Source: Camelus ferus
Lineage: Eukaryota
DNA length: 64,000 bases
NCBI RefSeq assembly: GCF_009834535.1
Contig: NC_045696.1
Location: 86,988,001-87,052,000, forward strand
Reading direction: 5' to 3'
Shown here: positions 26,859-40,179 of the stretch, in pieces
How positions within the stretch are numbered: position 1 is the first letter of the stretch
Layout of the letters: every line of letters begins with the position of its first letter
Notes under the pieces: generated by a model
What the model was told of the DNA's origin: nothing
What the model saw: the letters and a program-made list of their open reading frames with translations, nothing else
The model's database searches: none
Position numbers and translations under genes: made by a program

Positions 26859-29800
26859 ATTATCTGTAAAAACATTACACAATCAAATCGTTAAAGGTAA
26901 CCAGGCAATATAAAAGACTAAAGGGGAATGTTGGGCTAACCAGAATAGGTGCTGATGCATGGAGTGAAGGCTATAGTGGACTAGAGACCAACAGTACAAT
27001 TTAGGGAAAACATACACACAGATTAAACAAAATTTGAAATTGTGTTAATGTAGTTTCAGATATTTTAGGAAAAAAACAAATCCAGACATTTATGTGAAAT
27101 GCCTGACTTTTAAATGTGAGCAGCTAATTCAGATTTGGGTTTTTTTTTTTTTAATATTGAAAACTGAAAAACAACTTAATGTGGTAAGCTCACAAATATC
27201 CCTGACATTTTTAAATGAGGTACATCAAGTTCAATGCATTCAATGTAACCATATAGACTTGGTCTTCAAAGTCACAATAATATAACAGACCTGTAAAATA
27301 ATACATTTCATAAGAAAAGATAAAACGTTCAAGTTTATGCTTCAACCTCACTCCTGTTTTCATGTTACACATAAGACAATGAAAGGAAAAAGTAATTCTA
27401 TTTTTTCTCTTTATACCTGTGCTCCTTTATATTCTACTTTTCAGAGTTTAGATCAAGACCATAAAAGGAAAACAAACTAAAGCAAAGAAAAATATTAATA
27501 AATTTGCTTTTAATTAAGAATTAGGAGCTTAATTGTATAAATAGTACATTTTACAAATAAATATAGTTTTTCTTTAATTTTACATTATTATTAATTACCT
27601 TAGCGGAGACTGATTGAAAAAAGTAAATGGAAAAATGAGAGCCACAGACATATCATACTGCAGAAACTTAAGTGAAAGACCTGATAAATATATTAGTTCT
27701 TTTCATGTTATTTATTTCAAGCTTTTAAAAATGAGTATGTGAATGCTATGAAAATACTTAAAATTCTCATTGGAAGTTAACCTAACAGGTAACACAAATG
27801 AAAAGAATCAGATGCAACATTTGGGTTAGGTTTAATTACTTTTGGGGATTCACGTGCCCTGATTTTCACACAGTTTATAGCATAATCTTGAATTTAGCTT
27901 ATACTTCCTAATGTTATAGAAAGAATATACAGGAGAATTATACTTTTCATTGCTTATTATTAATAATATTTCACTCTTTCATAACCATCTCCAAACACTA
28001 GTTTATATAGTATACTCTAAGCTTTCTTAAAAACAGAACACATTACATATATATTTAATGAAAGATAGAGTGCCTAATTCTGGGGATATACTAGTAAGCA
28101 AAAAACAGTCTCTTCCTTTTAGGAAATTGCAACCAATGTTAAAAAAATAACTAGAGTTTCTATTTTCTTTTTTTTCATTACTCATCTGTCTTATTACAGT
28201 TCTTTAATTTTCTAACTATAATGCCTAAAGAGACAATGTCTGGCAGATCTTGAACTTTACTATAAGAAGGTCAAGGTTTAGATGTCAATGCCTCAATCTC
28301 TTCATCAATAATGAAAATAACACCTACCTTATAAATCTGCTGAGAAGATAAAGGGAGATGATATACAACTTTTTTAATATTTTCAAAACAATAAAATAGT
28401 ATGTCATGAATATTAGTAACAGTAGGCATAAAACTATCAAAAGTGAATGTTGAGAATAAACAAAGTTATAAAAGTTTCTCAAGTAGATATTATTGAGAAA
28501 TCTTTCAACAGTGTCATAGAAATACTAAATATGAAGAGTATGGAAGTAGCTCTGATGAGATACTATGTATTATTGGTGTAGAAATGAAAGCATTTTTGTA
28601 AGTCCCAGTCTTTCTAAAGCTACCAGTTTTGATGCTACAGAGAGAAAATTACCATTTTGGGTGGCAAAATAGCTATCACAGATGAATTCTAGAGAAATAA
28701 GAATTCCTTTTTCATGCAGATAGTCTCTGCAATAAAGAATGAGGCAAACAACTTACATAAGTTACATGAAAGCAGATTGGTTTCTAAATAGAATTTTCCA
28801 AATTCTTCCATAGATGTCAGCAGCTGCTATTTGAAGATGAGTGACTACTTTCAATATGCAACAGTGGAAATGACTCTTTCAAACTAAAATTCAAATTACT
28901 TTTCTCATCATTAACGAACTGTTTCATCACTGAAATTAATGTTATCTAAGGTTGGACTGACGAAGGAAAGGTAAGCACAAGAGTTCAAATCTCTACTCCG
29001 AAATCATTTATTCTAGTCTGTATTCTTCCCATAAGATGGGAATATTACTGATTGATTAATATTCAACAGAGTAATGAGATATAGCAGTCATAATCAAGTC
29101 TGTTTTATAAAAAGAGATTCTGAATCACAATGGACTAGAGGCTATACACAGTGAGGTTTTTGCTGTTAGGTCACTGGGGAATTCTTTGATCCCCAACTTT
29201 CAGGAATACAACTCCTGTTTTATTCAAATTTCACCAAAGATCTAGCAACATTACTATTCAAAACCATCCATGTCACTTTCATTTTCTCAAAAATTTTTGA
29301 CTCTTTTAATTTTGTCTTATATTTAACCCTGAAATTTTCTTATATTATCTATTGCAAAGTCTATGTTGATTTTGTTTTCAGAAAAAAAACTGGGGCATAT
29401 AAAACCAAAAAATTAGTTGTATAAAACGTTTACATTCTTTATTTTATTCTTACTGCCACTATTCAATAAAACATATTATTTAAGAAGAACTATCAAAAAT
29501 ATTGAGAAGGGTCTATATTATATTAGTTGTTCAAAGTTCAGACTCTCTCAATTGTAGATTTAAACTATCTATCAAAGGAAATACATGCTCTGAAGTCAAA
29601 TGTAAAAACATAATCTTGCAGACTTGAGTTTTCATTTCCAGATAGGTTTCCGTGTTCATCAATTAGTTTTGTTGATATTTTTCAATATTGTGGACAGTTA
29701 TACAGCTCAGAAGTACATCATGCATTAAAAATTTTCTTAATGCATACTTAACATTAAATAAGATATGTTATTTGCCTTTTTAACTATTTTATTTTAATTT

Positions 29801-29916
29801 TTTATTACAGAAGTCTATATTTATTTTATTATTGGCAATTACTAGATTTAAAGTGATTGGTTCCATTACTTCCACATTTACCAAATATATATTGCTCCAT
29901 ATTTTATTCAGACTTT

Positions 29917-30185
29917 GCTGTGGACTGAACTGTGTTCCCAACTTTCATATGTTGAAGACCTCACCACCAGTATCTCATAATGTGACTTTATTTGGAGATA
30001 AGGCTTTTAAATAAGTAATTAAGGTAAAATGAAGCCTTATGGCTTGGCCTCGGTGCAATATGACCAATGTCCTTATATGAAGAGATCAGGACACAGACAA
30101 TGCAGAGCCAGGGAGGACCGGAGGAAGACACAGCAAGAAGGCAACAGGGAGCAAGGCCTCTAGGCCTCCACAGAAACAAAACCTG
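29917..30185 (+). mobile_element. MaLR LTR (MLT1A/B-like), 5' part only
   Basis: Starts 'tgctgtggactgaactgtgttccc', contains 'tgtgactttatttggagataagg', and stops at 'ggcctccacagaaacaaaacctg'. Confidence 0.85.
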
Positions 30186-32212
30186 AGTGAAATCAGCCAG
30201 AAGGCTGAATAGGAAGACCCAGATCTTGTTCCTCCACAGAGAAATTGACTTAACAACAGGGTATGATCCAAAAAGACTTTATGAAAACTCCAGAAACTAG
30301 TTAAGAAGCCTCAGTACCTCAAGCAAACACAAAGCCTAGAAAAACACAAAAGCCAAGAAATGCAAAGCCAAGAATCACAAAGCCATTACCGCATTCAATG
30401 CTTAATCAAAACAAAACAAGACAAAAAAAAAACTGTTGCATTTTATCCAAAGAGGCCTTACCTGAAGTTGGTGCTGCTCAGCTCAATTGGAGAAAGCCTG
30501 CAGCTTGAGGTTCCTGCCTCAGGAGGGAAAGAGAAGAGTAGACTGTACATCCAAGGTTTCAGGTTGTCTGGAGGCTGACACACCTGAGTGAGAATGCAGG
30601 TGGGAAACCCGATACTTTGAATGCCAGCAGCCAATGAGAGCACAGCCGCAGAGGAGAGTATGAGCTCCTGGGAAGAGGGGGAAAAAGGTAAATTTCTCTG
30701 ACTGGGAAACTATAAGCATAAGCCTAGAGAAAACACATCCCCAGACCAGAACAGATTTGAGTGTCCCCCAGAATCTTTACCCAGGCTCACTGGTAAAGAT
30801 CTTATCCTGTATGAAGTCAGTCTGTAAAGACTAGGGAGGGGTGGCTTTATTTTTCTTCAAATGCCTGAATTCCTGCAATAAATAAGAAAGTATGAAAAGA
30901 AATAGGGATACGTGACCCAATAACAGGAAAAAATAAGTAAATCTTCAGAAATTGATCCTAAAGAATTAGAGATCTATGAATTAACTGACAAAAAAATTGA
31001 AAATAACTATCTTAAAGAAGTTCAATGAAAGAAGAAATTAATAGCAAAAGGAAACCTGTAAAATTCACATATATGTGAAAATTAAACTCTAATGGATCAA
31101 AGTGGAAATTGCAAGGGAAAGTAGAAAGCGTCTCGAGACAAATGAAAACAAAATATAACATACCAAAACTTAGGATGAAGCAGAAGCAGTACCGACAGAA
31201 GTTTATAGTGGTAAATGCCAACATTGAAAAAAAAAATCTCAAAACAACAAACTTAAATTTATACATAAAGGAACTAAAAAAAGAAGAACAAACTGTGTAC
31301 AAAGTTAGCAGAGGAAGAAAATAATAGAGTAGAACTGATTTAAATAAAATAGGGAATAGAAAAAAAATTAAAAGGTTTATTAAAAGGATCAACAAAATTG
31401 ACAAACCCTAAATTAAATTAAGGTAAAATAAAGAGGATAAATAATAAAAATCTGAAATAAAAAAAGGGACATTACAACTGATGATACAGAAATAAAAAGG
31501 ATTGTAAGACACCACTGAGGACAATTATATGCCAACAAACTGAATAACTTAGAAGAAATGGATAAATTCCTGTAAACTACCAAGACTGACTCATTAAGAT
31601 AGAAAAGAGTCTGAACAGACATATACAAGTAAGGAGACTGAAGCAGTAATCAAAACCTCTCAACAAAGAAAATACGGAACCAGATGGCTTCACCAGAGAA
31701 TTCTACCAAACGTTTAAATAAAAATAACACCAATTATTCTCAAATATTCCCAAAAACTTAAATAGGAAGGAATACTTTCAAATTTATTTTACATGACCAG
31801 CATTACTTTAATACCAAAACGAGACAAAAATACTATAAGAAAAGGAAATTACAGACCTGTATCTCTGATGAATATTGATGCAAAATTGTCAACAAAATAC
31901 TAGCAAACTAATTCAACAGTACATTAAATGAATTACACCATGACAAAGTGGGACTTATCTCTGGAATGCAAGGATGTTTCAACATATGAAAATCAATGTG
32001 ATACACCATATTAACAGAATGACGAAACAAAACTACGTGATCATCTTACTTTATGCAGAAAAAGCACTTGACAAAATTTGTAAAAAGGAAAACACTCAAC
32101 AAACAAGGAATAGAAAGAAATAGCTTCAACCTAATAAGAGCCATTTATGAAAAGCCCACAGCCAGCATTATATTTAATAGTGAAAAATGGAAAGTTCCTT
32201 CTAAGATCTAGA
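30186..32212 (+). mobile_element. Internally deleted L1M element (5' UTR, ORF1 start, ORF2 fragment)
   Basis: GC-richer 5' UTR to about 30890; ORF1 start 'gagatctatgaattaactgac'; then ORF2 'gaagaaatggataaattcctg', 'ccagatggcttcaccagagaattctacc' (PDGFTREFY), 'tacagacctgtatctctgatgaatattgatgcaaaa' ([12 protein letters not shown]) and 'ggaatgcaagga'. Confidence 0.9.
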
Positions 32213-32303
32213 AATCACAAAATTTGGAGACAAGTGAAACTCATTTGTTAAATAGGCTGAAACAAACCAAATGAATTTCAAAGATCTCTTTAATAACATT
32301 CAG

Positions 32304-32766
32304 TGTACTGGGCTGAATTGTGTTATTCCAAAAGGCATGGTCTAGTCCTAATCCCCAGTATCTCTAAATAAGCCCTTATTTAGAAATAGGGTCTCTGAGA
32401 ATGTAATCAAGTTAAAATGAGATTACACTGGATTAGCAGGAGCCTAAACCCAATGACTGCTATCTTTATAAGATGAGAGAAATTTGTACACAGATATACC
32501 TGTAGAGGAAAGATAACCACATGAGGACAGAGGTAGAAACTGGAGTGATGGAGCAATAGCCAAAGAATGCCAAGAATTGTCAGCAAGACCAGACGCTAGA
32601 AAGCAGCAAAGAGATTTCTTTCCTAGAGCCTGCAGAGAGAGTATGGCCCTGTTTACACCTTGGTTTCAGATTTAGACCCTCCAGAACTGTCAGAGAATAA
32701 ATTTCCGTGGTATTGAGTCACCCATTTTGTGATACTTTGTTAGAGGATCCCTAAGAAACTGATATA
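32304..32766 (+). mobile_element. MaLR solo LTR (MLT1C-like)
   Basis: About 460 bp running 'tgtactgggctgaattgtg...cctccagaactgtcagagaataaa...ccctaagaaactgatata'. Confidence 0.88.
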
Positions 32767-32880
32767 TGGGGTTATATAATCTTCTATAGCATGTGATATC
32801 CATGTTTGATTCTAACTTTTTCATATCATTGATTTTACACTTGCAAATTTATGCAACTATAAACCTACAGGGTATAAAAA

Positions 32881-32909
32881 TGTGTGTGTCTGTGTGTGTG
32901 TGTGTGTGT
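32881..32909. repeat. (TG)n microsatellite
   Basis: Visible TG run with one interruption. Confidence 0.9.
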
Positions 32910-34039
32910 TTCTAACATGCTTTATTTTAGATTTAGGCATCAGAAGCAAAAGAGCACTGTGGTTTACTTCTCATTCCCTTTTCATTCACATATTAGAACC
33001 ATAAATGTTTATAAATTGGATAGTTATCATTGTCTCTATAAGAGCTGTTGAAACAGATTTTGCACACTTGAACAACTAAAATAATGAGGAATACTATCCT
33101 GAAAATGTTAAATATTATATAATACATAATACAGTTCTGCTCTAACAATAAATAAAACTCCCTTAAAATTGCAGTTACTTATAACTGTTTTATTCAGGCT
33201 CTGAAAGAACTTTCTATCAAAGTTGAAATTAACTCATATATTGTTTTAGTATACATGTAACCTTTCTTTTCTTTTCCTTTAAGGGTTGCACATAAAACCT
33301 TTGGGCCTTTCCAACTTTTCTGTCTTTAGATGTTTCCCTTTAAGCTATATCTCTAACCCCAAATAGCTCCTGTACTTTCTCATAAGCCATTTCTTACTCT
33401 GTAGGGAACTGATATAGCAGGTCTGACCTTGGTTTCAAAGAAAATTGAAAGAAGAAAAAGGAGTGGAAACTAAGTAAAGCAATAGGAAGACTTGTACTAT
33501 TCAAGGTCAGAGAAAATCAGAACACAAGTGATTCTAGAGAAGAGGTAGGCCTAATTTGCACAGTTTTCTTAAAACTATCTGAGAAGAAATTTGTATCTTT
33601 TAACTCGCTGTATTAGAAAATAATTATTGGTGTTTGTGTCTGGGAGATTCACATATGAACTTCTAAAAGTATGAGTGTCAAAAAACTGCAAGCAATATTA
33701 TAACTAATTCCCCTCAGTTAATAAAATAGGTGATTTTATAATATGTAAAATAGGGATAATATAATATAAGCTTAAGAGATATGGTTATATTTTGGTGTCT
33801 TACACTCATACAACATATTATGCATTTCAAAAATCTATTATAATTCTGGTAAATTCAATATTTTAGGCATCAAAGTTATTTCACATAGAGTTCTAATATA
33901 GCTCTCCAACATTATACTTGAATGGAAATGTCACAGGACAATGACAAAAGCAAACTGTATTTCATCTTGCAATGGTATTTCTTTCTGAACTGAAAATAAA
34001 TTTCATGATAAAAAAATCATATATATTCAATACCTTGGA

Positions 34040-34180
34040 ATGGTCTATAATTTAAAAGAATGTGAAAAGTAGTATTTTATATATACATATAAATATGTAT
34101 AAATGAATCACTATATTGTACACCAGAAATAACACAACATTGTAAATCAACTATGCTTCAATAAAAAAGAAAGAAAAAAA
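34040..34180 (+). mobile_element. Very short L1 3' terminus
   Basis: 'gaatcactatattgtacaccagaaataacacaacattgtaaatcaactatgcttcaataaaaaag' matches the other L1 ends in this window. Confidence 0.8.
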
Positions 34181-34282
34181 TCATATTTAAATGCAACATT
34201 ATATTGTATGACTACATTAAGTTGCCAAAATTTCATCAAAATGTTCTATACATTATTTTGCAAGTAAAATCACTAAATTCAT

Positions 34283-34467
34283 TACAAGGAATTGAATATA
34301 GTTTCCTGTGCTATACAGTTGGTCCTTGTTACTTATTTTATATATAGTAATGTGTATCTTTTAATCCCAAACTCCTAATCTATCCCTCCCCTCTTTTCCC
34401 TCTGGTAACGACAGTTTGTTTTCTTTGTCTGTGAGTCTAAGTCTATTTCTGGTTTGTACATAGAATC

Positions 34468-34516
<49 letters not shown>

Positions 34517-34606
34517 GTGTGTACATATAACTGAATCATTTGACTGTACACCTGAAACTAATACTGTAAATCGACTTCACTTCAATAAAAAAAATCAGAA
34601 TCTAAA
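34283..34606 (+). mobile_element. Short 5'-inverted (twin-primed) L1 insertion with 17-bp TSD
   Basis: TSD 'aaaatcactaaattcat' at 34266-34282 and 34607-34623. About 34283-34463 is antisense L1 3' UTR; the rest is the sense terminus with (AT)n and aataaa. Confidence 0.88.
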
Positions 34607-35376
34607 AAAATCACTAAATTCATGTCTACAATGTGGAATATAGACAATTTCTAAATATATATATATCTTAATATTACCTCCTTTTTTCAATTAAAACTGC
34701 TCTAAATATGGCCACAGTTAGAACTAAGACGTAGATGACACTTTGTTTTTGAGACCCAATGTTTATGCAGTATCATGTAGAAAGAAATACAACCCTAATA
34801 GTAACTGAAACATAAACCCACAATCATCTGACCTAGGAACTGAGAGTGGAGAGAGTAACTGCACAGAAAAATATCTTTAAATATAAACATCTCTCACACA
34901 TATATAGTAGCTCCAAATATCCTTCCTTCTAGCAGCCTGCTCCTTAAAATCTTTTTGTAGTTTCCTCCAAATTTTCATTAAATTCAACCTCTATGGCTCT
35001 TTTATATATCTTCCTCTCATTTTTCATATATGCCTCTGACTAATCTCTTTTCTCTCCATTTCTCTCAGGCACACTACACACATAAAAACATATTCTGTTA
35101 TGTTGCTAGCTGGGTACTACAGACTGGTCTCCCAGTTACACTTTTTTTTCTCTCAATAATTAGCCATTATCTTTATCCTTTGTATCTGGAAGATAAAATA
35201 GACAACTCAGAAAGAAAAAAAATCAGTTTTTTAAAGAAAGTTCACACTTAAGCCTGTGTGTTTGGGTAGGAAAGCAATATTGAGGAGCAAAGGTAATGAA
35301 TATTTTGCATTAATATTTTTGTCCATGTTACAATATATGTTTACCCACCCCAGTTAGACTAAATTACTAAGTAACT

Positions 35377-35937
35377 TGTATTAGAGTTCTCCTAAGAAAC
35401 AGAACCAATAGTGTGTGTCCCTGTGTCCATGCTTTTGTGTGTGTGTGTGTGTATATATATTCACACACACATATATATAGTATTATATGTAAAGAGATCT
35501 ATTAGAGGTATTAGCTCACATGATGATGGAGTCTAAGTCCCATGATCTGCCATCTGCAAGTTGGAGACACAGTAAGGTCGGTGGTGTATATCGATGGCCT
35601 GAGAGCAAAGAGTTGTGGTATAGATTCCAGTCTTAGCCTGAAGACCTGTGAACTAAGGATGCCAGGACAGGAAGAGATCCCTATTTCACCTCATACACTC
35701 AGGCACAAAGAGAGGGCAAATTTCAGCTTCCTCTACCTTTTTGTCCTATTCAGACTCTCAGTGGATTGGATGAGGCTCAATTACTTAGGGGAAGGAAGTC
35801 TGCTTCACTAGGTCTACCAATTTAAATGCTAATTTCTTCCAGAAACACTCTCTCAGACACAGTGAGAAATACTGTTTAACCAGCTATCAAGGCATCCCAT
35901 GATGCAGTCAAGTTGACACATAAAAGTAACTATCACA
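35377..35937 (-). mobile_element. ERV-L solo LTR (MLT2-like) inserted in an L2 3' end
   Basis: Termini 'tgtattagagttctcctaagaaacagaaccaatag' and 'caagttgacacataaaagtaactatcaca' are MLT2-type. The flanks (35340-35376 and 35945-36050, ending 'gaatgaat') are L2-like. Confidence 0.9.
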
Positions 35938-36069
35938 GAATAACTACAAGACTTATTTTCACTCCCTATTCTTCCATCATCTAATACATTGTCTGACAAT
36001 TTAAGAAATTCTCCAGTACATGTGTATCGAACAAATAACTGAATGAATAAGTAAATAAAATTAAAGAAA

Positions 36070-36300
36070 GTGTACTATGATTAAGAACACGTTTTAGAGT
36101 CAGAAAAATAGTATTAGAATACTGTCTGCCACTTAAAGCATTGTCTTACCTTGGTCTAAGTCTTAAACCTTTCTCTGACTCTACTTATAACGAAGAATGA
36201 TAACAGCATCTGACTTGCAAAGTTTATGTGAAAGTTATATTAAATCACACAATGTTGTAAGACTACATATCTCAGCACTCTGAGAGCTTAGTAGATAATT
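36070..36300 (+). mobile_element. MIR
   Basis: 'gattaagaacacgttttagagtcaga...ctgccactt...aacctttctctgactc'. Confidence 0.55.
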
Positions 36301-37508
36301 TTTGATTCTATTCTTTTTGGTGCTATTATTAAATTTGTAAATGAACCTTTCTTTGGGCCAAAGGTATAAGGACCTTTCTAAAATCAAATTATTTGTCTAG
36401 ATATTATGCACATTTGTAAATATCCAAATTATTTTTCTTTTGAAAGCAGTTTTCTCAATCTCTCATATAAGAATGAGAAATTGTAACAATATAGGATCTT
36501 CTTATGCAATTTTTATGACATTTTTGTTACTCAGAATCTTATATAAAATAAGAATAAACTTTATGCAAAAAGTAAGATATTTACAATGCTTACCTACTCA
36601 ATTTAAAGTTTACTAACAGGACTTTGGTTTTTGTATGATAAAATTTGTATTACTGTTGCCAAAAACTTCCCATTTATTTTACATAGTAAAACTATTTTCA
36701 CATACCACATTTTCACATTTTATTATCAACATAATTTATAATAAAATTTAATAATAAAATAATTAACATAATTTATTTCTACTATAAATTTCTTACTTTA
36801 TTTCAGAGTCAATGTGATCTGAGTAAAAATATCTTTTTTTAAAACTTATATTCAAAAAGAAGTATAGTTCAGTCTTCCTGCATCTTTCCTTCTTCACTGA
36901 AATTTTCTGAATTCTATAATCTATTCCCTTCCTTTTTAATATTTATATTATTTCTTACAATCACAAGTAATTATTCTCTACCTTGTCTGTAAATTGTAAT
37001 AATATGAAAAATTACGAAGTATATAAATCAATTTAAAACATTTTATTATATCAGTATCATTAAACAAAACTGCACATACTGAAGTAGTATTACACTTAAT
37101 CTCAGTGGGTAGAAAATCAAAATTTTGGGCTCACTTAAAGAATATATGTATTTTTTTTTAACATATGTGTGTAAGGCTTTTTTACCTGCTTTTATTTTTT
37201 GTTTTTCCTGCCATTTTAATTGTACTTTGTAATGTTTTTTGTTACCATATTTTCCATTGTCTGAAATCTCCAAATCTCCAAAACTTATTTGACCAAGTGC
37301 CCCTTTTCTCTGAAGTCCTCTATTCTCCTGTTCCAATTTGGTTGGTTTGGTCTCTGTGTACTACTCAGCTACTGTCTTGCATTATTTTCACTTTCTCTTG
37401 GATTATATCTATTGATATCTAAATCCCATGATGTCCATCATTTTGGTTCACAGTCATGTTTTTCTCTACCACTTCTTCAAGTAGAAAGACTGCACTAAAG
37501 GCTACATT

Positions 37509-37931
37509 TGTATGGTAAATTATTTTGCCCATATATATTTTTTTCTCTTTTACTAACTTGAGAGGATGATTCTACTTTCCCATCTCACTAATGTTGAGTC
37601 TCACCATATGACTTGCTTTAGTTCATCGAATGTGAATTGAAATGAAAGAATGATTTCTAACTATGGGCCATAAGAGCCATTATATATCTCTGCTGGACCA
37701 CTAGGAGTTTCCAATCTTCACCATGAGAATGCCCAAAGCAGGTACTGACTCTCCAATGTGATCTCTGAATAGACATGTGGAGTCAATCTACCCCAAGTAA
37801 TTCACAGTTGGCTCACCTGGAAAAGAGGCTGTCCAGCTGAGCTGAGGTCCTATGAGCTTAACATTTAGTTGGACAACTCTTGGTTTGCAGGTAGTTTTTG
37901 TGTAGAGTTATATTCCAAAAGCTGACTAACA
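37509..37931 (+). mobile_element. Old MaLR LTR (MLT1H/J-like)
   Basis: 'catatgacttgctttagttcatcgaatgtga', ending 'aaagctgactaaca'. Confidence 0.5.
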
Positions 37932-39029
37932 AAAACATTTTCAAATTTGACAAATATCTTAATTCTGAAGTCAAACTGCCAGTTTGTCTTATTATACAAA
38001 TGTCAAGTGAAAGTGATTTTATTTCAGAATTCCAAAACAATTGTTCTGTTATATTCTAGAGTTCAGAGGTGCTGATGTTTCTTTGATCTCAGATTGTAGT
38101 CTGACATACACTCTTTAGAGCTGACTTGTTTGTTTCTATACAGATTTGGATTTTCTCCCTACTATGGCATTCTATATTTCAATATAGAATATTAGCGATT
38201 TTTACTCATTGAGTTTAGCACCTAGTGACCATATCAACTTAAGCTTTTGAGGATGCAAGTATTTCATCTTTGTGCCTTTCTTCACCTTTTCTATTTTTAT
38301 TCAATAAAAATATATTGTAATGAAGATAATTTATGATTATAATTTAATATCAAAAAGTTTTTACTAAAAGAACTAATTTCAATTCAAATAGGTGCTTTTT
38401 TTATTTGTAGAAAATACAAAAACTGTATGTTTTTAGTTAATGTGATAAATAAATAAATAACTATGTATGTATAAAACAATCCCAAGAAACTTCAAATGAT
38501 TTATAGAAGTTCCAGGAGAGATTATGGCAAATAAACTATTAGTCATAGCTCATAGAATTATATTAAAATATCACATGGAGAAAGTAAAACTACTCAGATT
38601 TTTTTTCATATTTTTTATCAAAAATAATTATTTAGAAATAGAAAGGTTAAAAATGATCTAAACCAAGATACATGGGGAGATTAAAAAAAAATTATTTAAG
38701 TATGGCCTTGATGTCATGACCGTATTAATTTCAATCAAATGTTGTCAAAATACTTGAAAGTATGATTACAAAAAATGGTACCAAAGTCTCAGTAATTGCA
38801 GTGGATCAAATTATTGTGATGATACTTCTAATACTCTAAAAAGGTGGAAGACACTGGAGTATTGAGAAAAACAGACAAGAAAACCCCTAACTAATATTTA
38901 GAAAAAATGGAATTTAGACAAAGAAATTAAAATTCATGATGAGCTAACTGACATCATTCTCTCTTATGGGAAAATACTAATTTTCAAATTATTGAGGTAT
39001 AACACATTATTCTAGGCTCTTTCCCATCA

Positions 39030-39410
39030 TATTCAATATTTTAATAAAGCATAAGGTTAAAGTACAACAATCATATTTATTGTCATTGTCTTGAGAACAG
39101 TGAATCAGATGGTAAAATTGACATTTTATAACAATTCAATATACTAGATCAAAAGAATTAGAAGAACTAAATGAAATTCAGTTGAAGTAAAGATAAAACT
39201 CTGCAATAATAATGTTTGCAATTATTTAGGGATTTGGTTTGGCTGCCAGTGATTGAGCCAACAATGTAATGTGACTGTGAAAAAGACAATGAACAATTAG
39301 GACACGTCAATAATGACGGCACTCAGAGCTAATAATATAATAACTTCTTTGAGCCTTGAGTCAATCACCTTAGGATTATGGAGTTAATTCCTGATTGTCA
39401 GAACATGAGG
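39030..39410 (+). mobile_element. CR1/L3 LINE fragment
   Basis: 'gagccaacaatgtaatgtgactgtgaaaaagacaatgaacaattagga' resembles the CR1 RT C-terminal QCxxAAKKANxxLG coding region. Confidence 0.5.
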
Positions 39411-39439
39411 GTACAAAAATGTTAACATTTATGGTAATG

Positions 39440-39830
39440 TTTGCAGTGCATGCAGTGTTTAAAAGGCATTTCAAAATTCATGTTACTTTGAGACCCAGTT
39501 AATTTTCTGAAGGAATCATGGTAGATTTTTTTTCTACTTATTTAACAGTGTAGAGTAATGTTCTCAGATATTAAATAACTTAGCTGAGACTGCATGTAAG
39601 AAAAGTGGAAGAGCTGGAACATTAACTCATTTTTAAAAATTGAAGTTTGCCTTTAGGAGAAATAACTGAATGAAAATTATATCTCTCTGAGATTAATACC
39701 CCGGATCAATTTTTTTCTTTACCAACTTACAAACCATGTATCTTTGAGCAAGTTAATCTCTCTGTGCCTTAGTTTTCTCAGCTATTATATTGGGATAAAT
39801 GGCTCCAAAGTCCTTGTCTTGTAAGGGTTT
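39440..39830. mobile_element. Two MIR fragments (antisense then sense)
   Basis: 'ctcagatattaaataacttagctgag' on the minus strand and 'tgtatctttgagcaagttaatctctctgtgccttagttttctca' on the plus strand. Confidence 0.6.
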
Positions 39831-40179
39831 ATGGGCATTTTGTTTTTAGAATGTCAGTGTAGCAACTTTCACTCACATTACTTTTTTTTTTTTTTTTTTT
39901 TTGGCAAATCCTAATTTAAGTCTGCGCTATTTCTTTGTGTTCAGGAGCATGTTAACTTCCAAAATAATCACTTGAATTATTTTGTCCTCATTCTCCTTAC
40001 CAGTAATTAGATTCTGCATCCAATCTTGAAAAATGAGACCCAAACATATGACTCCCAGGGGGAAAACTGTGAAGGTTTTTATTTCCTTAATAAGAAGTGC
40101 TGTGTGCAAAAAAGGAGATAATTAAAGGACCAATGGATGAGTCATATTTTACTTTCATTCACCAAAAAACCTCACACTT

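Noticed and set aside
28813..28976. Acceptor-like 'ttcttccatag' and strong donor-like 'AAG|gtaagc'
   Set aside because: All three frames between them contain stops. A non-coding exon cannot be supported from sequence alone.
30320..30390. Short regularly spaced repeats
   Set aside because: This is a degenerate tandem inside an L1 5' UTR with no unique spacers, so it is not a CRISPR-like array.
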